Of a stretch of 64,000 nucleotides of DNA, positions 58,206 through 64,000 are shown piece by piece (the first letter of the stretch is position 1; the number at the start of each line of letters is the position of its first letter). The translations under genes and the position numbers were made by a program. Source of the stretch: an uncultured Candidatus Saccharibacteria bacterium (GTDB lineage Bacteria; Patescibacteriota; Doudnabacteria; UBA920); the NCBI GenBank assembly GCA_964483665.1, contig CAZACP010000002.1, forward strand, positions 33,171 through 97,170. Direction: 5' to 3'. Under the pieces are notes generated by a model. It made no database searches, was not told the origin of the DNA, and was given only the letters and a program-made list of their open reading frames with translations.

Positions 58206-58813
58206 AAGAGACTACAAAACACAAAATATTTTTAGGCCTGGCTACGTTAGTTTTTATTTGGTCGGCAATTGGGCCAAAAGACTATTTAACCTGGTCTATG
58301 GAAGTAGCGCCCGCGGTAATAGGTTTTTTTATTTTATATTTTACTTATGACCGCTTTAGGTTAAGTACGCTTTTGTACGGGTGTATTGCGCTTCACGCCA
58401 TAATTTTAATGGTGGGCGGGCATTATACTTACGCCGAGGTACCTTTATTTAATTGGTTTAAAGACATTGGGCTTTTTGCGCGCAACAACTACGACAAAGT
58501 TGGACATTTGGCCCAAGGTTTTTTCCCAAGCCTGGTGGCCAGGGAAATTTTTATTAGAACCTCGCCTTTAAAGCCGGGCAAGTGGCTTAACTTTGTAATT
58601 ATTTGCGTGGTGCTTGCCATAAGCGCTTTGTATGAACTTATTGAATGGGCGGGCGCGCTAATAATGGGTGATGCGGCTACCGACTTTTTAGGCACGCAAG
58701 GCTATGTTTGGGATACGCAGTCAGATATGTGGTACGCGTTAATTGGTGGAATTTTAGCTTTACTTTTGTTTAGCAAAATTCATGACAGGGCAATGAAAAA
58801 GTTAAATAAATAA
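58202..58813 (+). CDS. Polytopic membrane protein (possibly DUF2238/YjdF-like)
   Basis: It has 5-6 TM segments. The family guess is weak. Confidence 0.4.
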   Translation: MKETTKHKIFLGLATLVFIWSAIGPKDYLTWSMEVAPAVIGFFILYFTYDRFRLSTLLYGCIALHAIILMVGGHYTYAEVPLFNWFKDIGLFARNNYDKVGHLAQGFFPSLVAREIFIRTSPLKPGKWLNFVIICVVLAISALYELIEWAGALIMGDAATDFLGTQGYVWDTQSDMWYALIGGILALLLFSKIHDRAMKKLNK

Positions 58814-58816
58814 ATT

Positions 58817-59368
58817 ATGAATAATCAAAATTCAAATAATAATATAGCCGTGTTCGGTAACGGGTGTTTCTGGTGCACGGAGGCAATATTTCAAAAGCTA
58901 AAGGGAGTAATTAGCGTAAAGCCGGGCTACAGCGGAGTCACCAAACCAAACCCCAGCTACGAGGAAGTTTGTAACGGCAATACCGGGCATGCGGAAGTTA
59001 TAAAAATCGAGTATGACCCGACGCAAATAGAATACAAAGTTTTGCTGGAAGTGTTTTTTTTCACTCACGATCCGACCACTTTAAACAGGCAGGGGAATGA
59101 CGTGGGGGAACAATACCGAAGCGTGATTTTTTACGCCAGCGATGATCAGAAAACCGAAGCAGAAAAATTTATTGGCCAGCTAACCTCGGAGAGTGTATAT
59201 TCATCGCCAATCGTTACCGAACTTAAGCCTTTAGATAAATTTTTTGAAGCCGAAGACTACCACCGTAACTATTACGAAAGAAACAAAGACAAGCCTTACT
59301 GCCAGGTAATAATTAACCCAAAGCTGCAAAAATTTAAACAGCATTATTCAAAATTAATGAAGGAGTAA
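58817..59368 (+). CDS. msrA: Peptide methionine sulfoxide reductase MsrA
   Basis: The active-site motif AVFGNGCFWCTEA is present. Confidence 0.9.
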   Translation: MNNQNSNNNIAVFGNGCFWCTEAIFQKLKGVISVKPGYSGVTKPNPSYEEVCNGNTGHAEVIKIEYDPTQIEYKVLLEVFFFTHDPTTLNRQGNDVGEQYRSVIFYASDDQKTEAEKFIGQLTSESVYSSPIVTELKPLDKFFEAEDYHRNYYERNKDKPYCQVIINPKLQKFKQHYSKLMKE

Positions 59369-59371
59369 ACA

Positions 59372-59815
59372 ATGACTTTGGATATTTTAGGATTATTTTT
59401 ATTGCTTTCCGGGTTTATTGTGGGTCTTGGCGCGGTTACGGTTATAGACATTCACGGGTTTTTGGGAAGAAAGTCAGGCTACTGGACTGAAGCCACTACG
59501 CGCGCGCATAAAGTTACCAAGCCATTGATTTGGCTAGGTATGTTTTTAGCAATACTTGGTGGTCTAATATTTTTCCGCCAGGACTATTGCGGCACCCCAA
59601 GTATTTTAGGCGCGGTTGCTATAGTGCTTATTTTAAACGGCATTTTTTTGAGTTTTTCTGTCAGCCCGTTTTTATTAAAGCGGGAAAAAGAGGGCAGGCA
59701 GGCCGAACTCTTACCCAAAGAATGGCAGAATAGAATTATAGTAAGTTTAATAGTTTCAGACCTCGGCTGGTGGGGAAGCTTGCTATTGTTAGTTATTTAT
59801 TTGCTAAGAGCGTGA
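59372..59815 (+). CDS. Hypothetical 4-TM membrane protein
   Basis: ORF translationally coupled to msrA. Confidence 0.4.
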   Translation: MTLDILGLFLLLSGFIVGLGAVTVIDIHGFLGRKSGYWTEATTRAHKVTKPLIWLGMFLAILGGLIFFRQDYCGTPSILGAVAIVLILNGIFLSFSVSPFLLKREKEGRQAELLPKEWQNRIIVSLIVSDLGWWGSLLLLVIYLLRA

Positions 59816-59849
59816 TATAATTTACTATATAAATATTTATAATAAAACG

Positions 59850-60803
59850 ATGCAAATAGCGGTGTTTGGACTGGGAAAAATGGGCATGCAAATTGCCAAA
59901 AGGCTGTCCGATAATGGTTTTTCGGTTTTAGCCTGGAACAGGTCAGAGGGACCAAGGCAGGAGTTTGAAAAGTTTTTATTAGAGAAAAGAGAAGAGAGGA
60001 AAGAGAAAAGGGGTGTGTTTTCAAGTATTGACGATTTAGCCAATGCGTTTAAACACGAGCCAAGAATTTTTTGGTTAATGCTGCCTTCCGAAACCGTGGA
60101 AGATTTTATATTTAACAAAGAACTTTTGGGCGGGGTTTTAAAGAAGGGCGATATAGTTATAGACGGCGGCAACAGTCATTATAAAAAAAGCATTGAGCGC
60201 GCGCAAAAACTAAAAGAAATGGACGTGCATTTTTTTGACGTAGGCGTAAGCGGAGGGGTTTGGGGCTATAAAAACGGTTTTGCGCTTATGGCGGGCGGAT
60301 CAATACAAAATTATAAACATATTGAACCTATACTTAAAGCATTATCATCCGGCGAAAATTACGGACTGGTGGGCCCTAGCGGCGCCGGACATTTTGTAAA
60401 AATGGTTCATAACGGCATAGAGTACGGCATGATGGAAGCTATAGGCGAGGGTTACGGGATTATGAAGGAAAGTAAAATGGATTTAGACTTACTTCAAGTT
60501 ACTAAAATTTACCAGGAAGGCACGGTTATACGAAGCTGGCTTATAGATTTAACCCGCAATATTTTTGAACAGGAAGATTTGGAAAAAACCAAAGGCGAAA
60601 TAAATATGCTGGGCGAGGGGGAGTGGACAGTAGAAACCGCCAAGGAACTTGGCGTTGACGCGAGAGTAATAGAAGATTCGGTAAATGTGCGTAAGGAATC
60701 TAAAGACCCTAAAAATCAAAAAAAGTTTTCCAACAAAATTGTCGCACTTTTAAGAAAGCAGTTCGGGGGACACAAGGTCAATGACAAAATTGACCATAAT
60801 TGA
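59850..60803 (+). CDS. gnd: 6-phosphogluconate dehydrogenase, short (decarboxylating, YqeC/GndA-like) form
   Basis: The motifs MQIAVFGLGKMGMQIAKRL and MVHNGIEYGMMEAIGEGY are present. Confidence 0.8.
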   Translation: MQIAVFGLGKMGMQIAKRLSDNGFSVLAWNRSEGPRQEFEKFLLEKREERKEKRGVFSSIDDLANAFKHEPRIFWLMLPSETVEDFIFNKELLGGVLKKGDIVIDGGNSHYKKSIERAQKLKEMDVHFFDVGVSGGVWGYKNGFALMAGGSIQNYKHIEPILKALSSGENYGLVGPSGAGHFVKMVHNGIEYGMMEAIGEGYGIMKESKMDLDLLQVTKIYQEGTVIRSWLIDLTRNIFEQEDLEKTKGEINMLGEGEWTVETAKELGVDARVIEDSVNVRKESKDPKNQKKFSNKIVALLRKQFGGHKVNDKIDHN

Positions 60804-60809
60804 TCAGAA

Positions 60810-61469
60810 TTGAGCAAAATTTATAATACAGAAGAAGAAAAAATTTTCAAAAAACTGAATTCGTCTAAGAAAATTCAGGATTTTTTGAATTCACTTACCA
60901 TCAACTTTGAAAAAAAGGGGGAGACGGTTTATTCACCAAGGATGGTTATAAAACATAAAAAAGCGCATTGTATGGAAGGCGCTATGTTTGCGGCCGCGGC
61001 TTTGGAATATCATGGTCAAAAGCCGTGGGTAATGGATTTGCGTTCTATAGATAGCGATTATGACCACGTGGTTGCGGTGTTTCAGCAGTTTGGCTGCTAT
61101 GGGGCAATTTCTAAAACTAACCACGCAGTGCTTAGATATCGCGAACCAATTTATAAAACTATACGCGAACTGGCCTTGTCGTATTTTCATGAATATTTTA
61201 CAGACAGCGGCAAAAAAACTTTAAGGGAATACTCAAGAATTTTTGATTTAAGCTGGTTTGATAAGCACCCTCACCCCCAACCCCTCTCCCAGAGGGAGAG
61301 GGGAGAAAAATATAGTTGGAGAACGAGTGAAGAAAATTTATTTGAAATACCGGAAAAGTTAGATAAAATAAAGCACTACTCAATACTATCATCAGCACAG
61401 GTTAAAAACCTTCGCAAGGCAGATGCAATAGAAATAAAAGCCGGGAAGTTGGTGGAATTTAAAAGTTAG
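60810..61469 (+). CDS. Hypothetical protein carrying an in-frame GC-rich palindromic insert
   Basis: ORF. The insert at 61266-61305 encodes HPHPQPLSQRERGEK. Confidence 0.45.
   Translation: MSKIYNTEEEKIFKKLNSSKKIQDFLNSLTINFEKKGETVYSPRMVIKHKKAHCMEGAMFAAAALEYHGQKPWVMDLRSIDSDYDHVVAVFQQFGCYGAISKTNHAVLRYREPIYKTIRELALSYFHEYFTDSGKKTLREYSRIFDLSWFDKHPHPQPLSQRERGEKYSWRTSEENLFEIPEKLDKIKHYSILSSAQVKNLRKADAIEIKAGKLVEFKS
61266..61305. repeat. GC-rich palindromic element (copy 2, opposite orientation to copy 1)
   Basis: cccctctccc-aga-gggagagggg preceded by caccctcacccccaa. Its reverse complement parallels copy 1. Confidence 0.65.
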
Positions 61470-61521
61470 TTTTAGTCTGTTTTTTGTGCTATAATCAGGA
61501 AAAGTATTTAGCTTTAATTTT

Positions 61522-62718
61522 ATGAGAAAATTTAAGGAAATTTTAAGAACAGGGGTTATTTTGGGCGGCATGGTAGCTGCCGAAGATGCAATGGGTCAAG
61601 AAGTTTTTGAAGAAAGCAAGCAATCCCAAGTTAATTCTGAAAGTATAAGAGATAGCTCAACCAAGATAGGAATAGAAAAAATTAATCCCTCTAGCTTAGA
61701 TGACTTTAAAATAAAATTAAAACGCCTGTCTGAACAGAAAAATAAAGGCCAGTATTCAGAAAGTTTTTTTTTAAGTGAGGCAGTTGCTCGTTTTGATGAG
61801 TATAGTAAATTTCCAGGGGCGGATGATTTTTTGGTAGAATGCGGTGAAAAATATTTGAAAGATTTACCCAATTATTTTTTTTCGAACTTAGAGAATGTTT
61901 CCAGCGCTTTGCCAGTCAAATTTGAAAGTTTGATTATAAGAGCTGCCAAAGAATACCCTTTACAAGCTTTGCATGATGATAATATTTTAAAAAATTTTGA
62001 AAAAATTTATCCACAAATTATTTTGGCGACTTTGAATAAAGAATTATTGTCTCAAAATAAAACAGAAGAATTAATAGGCGCATATTTAAATATTTTAAAA
62101 GCAAAAACAACTCATCCCGCTTCCGAAATATTGAAGGATATATTAAACGAAAAACTTAAAAATAAAGCAAGAGAAAACCCTCAAGAAATTTTTCAGTTAG
62201 CGATGGGGAATCTTGAAGAGTGGTCAACAAATATTTTTCCTGAAAAAAATGAAAGAGAAGAATTTCTATATATTTTTTTAAGTGGACTAATAGGAAAAGG
62301 GAATACCGAAGAGATTTTTTCAGACTTTGAGTTGTTTGCGAAATATGAAATGTGCCGGTCGCTGCTTTTTGTTTTGATAGAAAAAACACCTGAACGTGTT
62401 TTACAGGTAGCGGAAGGCGAGTTAGGAGGCGTAAGTGTGTCGGGAGCCAGCTCATTAAGCTTGCCAGATAATGTTAGAGACTTTTATTTTTTTCTTATTT
62501 CAGAATCATTGCTTAAAGCAAAAGTAGGAGAGGGGCAAGAAGATTATGACCCAAGCCCAAATAATTGGGGGGTAATAAAATTTTTGTACCCCCAGGCCTA
62601 TGAAAACTTACAAAGTAAATTTGGTAATAAAAAAGAATTGAGGGAAATTTTTGGTAAGGATGCAAAGTTAGAACTAAACACTGAACTAAAAGACTTTCTC
62701 TCACAAAAAGGTAAATAA
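61522..62718 (+). CDS. Hypothetical protein (398 aa)
   Basis: ORF with a hydrophobic N-terminus. Confidence 0.45.
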   Translation: MRKFKEILRTGVILGGMVAAEDAMGQEVFEESKQSQVNSESIRDSSTKIGIEKINPSSLDDFKIKLKRLSEQKNKGQYSESFFLSEAVARFDEYSKFPGADDFLVECGEKYLKDLPNYFFSNLENVSSALPVKFESLIIRAAKEYPLQALHDDNILKNFEKIYPQIILATLNKELLSQNKTEELIGAYLNILKAKTTHPASEILKDILNEKLKNKARENPQEIFQLAMGNLEEWSTNIFPEKNEREEFLYIFLSGLIGKGNTEEIFSDFELFAKYEMCRSLLFVLIEKTPERVLQVAEGELGGVSVSGASSLSLPDNVRDFYFFLISESLLKAKVGEGQEDYDPSPNNWGVIKFLYPQAYENLQSKFGNKKELREIFGKDAKLELNTELKDFLSQKGK

Positions 62719-62735
62719 AATTAAATCAGAATTTA

Positions 62736-62759
62736 AAAGCAGCCGTTAAGGGCTGCTTT
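62736..62759. terminator. Bidirectional terminator hairpin between convergent genes
   Basis: aaagcagcc-gtta-agggctgcttt with T-runs on both sides. Confidence 0.5.
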
Positions 62760-63924
62760 TTTGTGAGAGGATTTTTTTATAATAGTCCATGTACTTTGGA
62801 ACTATTTTTGAGCTGCAGAATTTTTCATTTGCGGCTTTTTTGGCATTTTCACCCATTTGTTTTCTTAAATCGCTATTCGCTATAAGCAGTTTTAAATTTT
62901 TAACAAAGCCTTTTACGTCGCCAACTTTGCAGAGCAGGCCGGTTTTGTTGTGCACTATTACCTCGGGCGTACCTCCGCTGTTTGTGGCCAAAACAGGACT
63001 GCCGTAACTCATAGCTTCTAAAGCGCCCATACCAAAACTTTCCGTTTCAGAAGTAAAAATTCCAATGTCGGCTGCGTTTAAATAGTTTTCTATGTCTTTA
63101 ACTTTTTCCTTAACTATTATTTTATTTTGTATTCCGAGTTTTTTAACAAGTGGTTTGTAGGGAGAAAAATCTGCGCCAGACAAAATAAGTAGTTTAAATT
63201 TTGGCTCGTTTTTGATCTGTGCCACTATTTTTAGCAGATCTGGAATTCTTTTTACCGGGCGAAGATTTGAAAGATGGATGACTAGAATATCGCTGTCCTT
63301 AATTTTTAATCCTTTGCGCATTGCGGCGCGCGACTTAGTGGGAGTTGGGGGAGAATAGAAGTTATATATAACTTCTATAGGTTTGTCGGTTTTTAATACT
63401 TTTATTGTTTCTTCTTTTAAACTTTGGGAAACCGTTGTCACACCATGGCTGCGTTCAATAGAATATTTTATGGCTTCAAAGAGGTTTGGGTCTTTAGCTA
63501 GCAGGGTAATGTCGGTTCCGTGAAGAGTGGTGACTATTTTTGGCAGCGGAATATTGTTGCTGCGCATAATTCGCCTGGCCAGTAATGCTGCGGCCGCGTG
63601 CGGGAAAGCATAATGAACATGTAAAATATCTAACTCAAATTTTTTTTGCACTTTTTCTATTTCCACAGCCAAAGGTAGGGTATAGTCCGGGTACTTGAAC
63701 AAGCTGTATTCGTTTATATGGACTTTGTGAAAAAAAATATTTTTATGTTTTCCCATTAATCTAAAAGGCGGTTCATAGGAAATAAAATGAACCTCGTGGC
63801 CTAATTTAGAAAGTTCAAGGCCCAAATTAGTGGCAACAATTCCGCTGCCGCCGACAGAAGGGTAGCAGACAATACCAATCTTTAGATTTAAGATTGAAGA
63901 TTTAGGATTTAAGATTTTATTCAT
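62746..63924 (-). CDS. GT4 glycosyltransferase, BshA-like (N-acetylglucosaminyl-malate synthase-like)
   Basis: The N-terminus LKIGIVCYPSVGGSGIVATNLGLELSKLGHEVHFIS closely follows the BshA opening. The C-terminal EX7E region ETESFGMGALEAMSYGSPVLAT is present. Confidence 0.7.
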   Translation of the reverse strand: MNKILNPKSSILNLKIGIVCYPSVGGSGIVATNLGLELSKLGHEVHFISYEPPFRLMGKHKNIFFHKVHINEYSLFKYPDYTLPLAVEIEKVQKKFELDILHVHYAFPHAAAALLARRIMRSNNIPLPKIVTTLHGTDITLLAKDPNLFEAIKYSIERSHGVTTVSQSLKEETIKVLKTDKPIEVIYNFYSPPTPTKSRAAMRKGLKIKDSDILVIHLSNLRPVKRIPDLLKIVAQIKNEPKFKLLILSGADFSPYKPLVKKLGIQNKIIVKEKVKDIENYLNAADIGIFTSETESFGMGALEAMSYGSPVLATNSGGTPEVIVHNKTGLLCKVGDVKGFVKNLKLLIANSDLRKQMGENAKKAANEKFCSSKIVPKYMDYYKKILSQKSSP

Positions 63925-64000
63925 TTAAATTAGTAATTGCGCGAAGATAGGTTTAAGTCACTCAACGTGTCTATTCTAACCGGATCATTAATCCAAAGGC

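Overview
This is a low-GC (about one-third GC) bacterial window with compact, often overlapping genes; the style suggests a small-genome (CPR/Patescibacteria-like) organism, but that is inference only. Layout: (1) 1-34 kb is one large surface-glycan locus, almost entirely on the + strand. It holds a partial GDP-fucose synthase, many GT2/GT4/GT10/DUF1792-like glycosyltransferases, a Wzx flippase and an FkbM methyltransferase. It also holds a CDP-hexose deoxy/branched-sugar pathway: RfbF, RfbG-like, three SDR reductase/epimerases, a TPP-dependent YerE/ALS-like enzyme, a class-I aminotransferase, a TylCIII-type C-methyltransferase and an E1/ColD-type PMP 3-dehydrase with His in place of the PLP-Lys. 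Also present are two fused nucleotidyltransferase proteins, a 1275-aa GtrB-GtrA-GT-C fusion protein, an acyltransferase-3 and an initiating polyprenyl-P sugar transferase. (2) 34-40 kb is a type IV pilus assembly operon pilB-pilC-pilM-pilN-pilO-like, whose intergenic spacers each carry conspicuous inverted repeats. (3) 40.3-40.8 kb holds tRNA-Arg(UCG) and tRNA-Lys(CUU), separated by tRNA-derived fragments and a structured GC-rich RNA-like element. (4) 40.8-64 kb is mostly housekeeping and envelope genes: holA-like, a repetitive secreted protein, EamA, a PadR + PspC/DUF4097 module, typA, an AI-2E transporter, zwf, a short-form gnd, a DEAD-box helicase, an ATL protein, a pilin, YgjP, msrA and a BshA-like GT4. 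Superimposed are four small GC-rich islets (about 45-50% GC) at 22.8, 43.3, 45.3 and 48.2-49.3 kb. There is also a 125-bp imperfect direct duplication of the 3' end of the PspC-domain gene, bracketing one of the islets, and two copies of an about 38-bp GC-rich palindromic element inserted in-frame into two unrelated genes. No CRISPR array, rRNA or obvious transposase was seen. All family calls come from motif recognition by eye; none is a database result.
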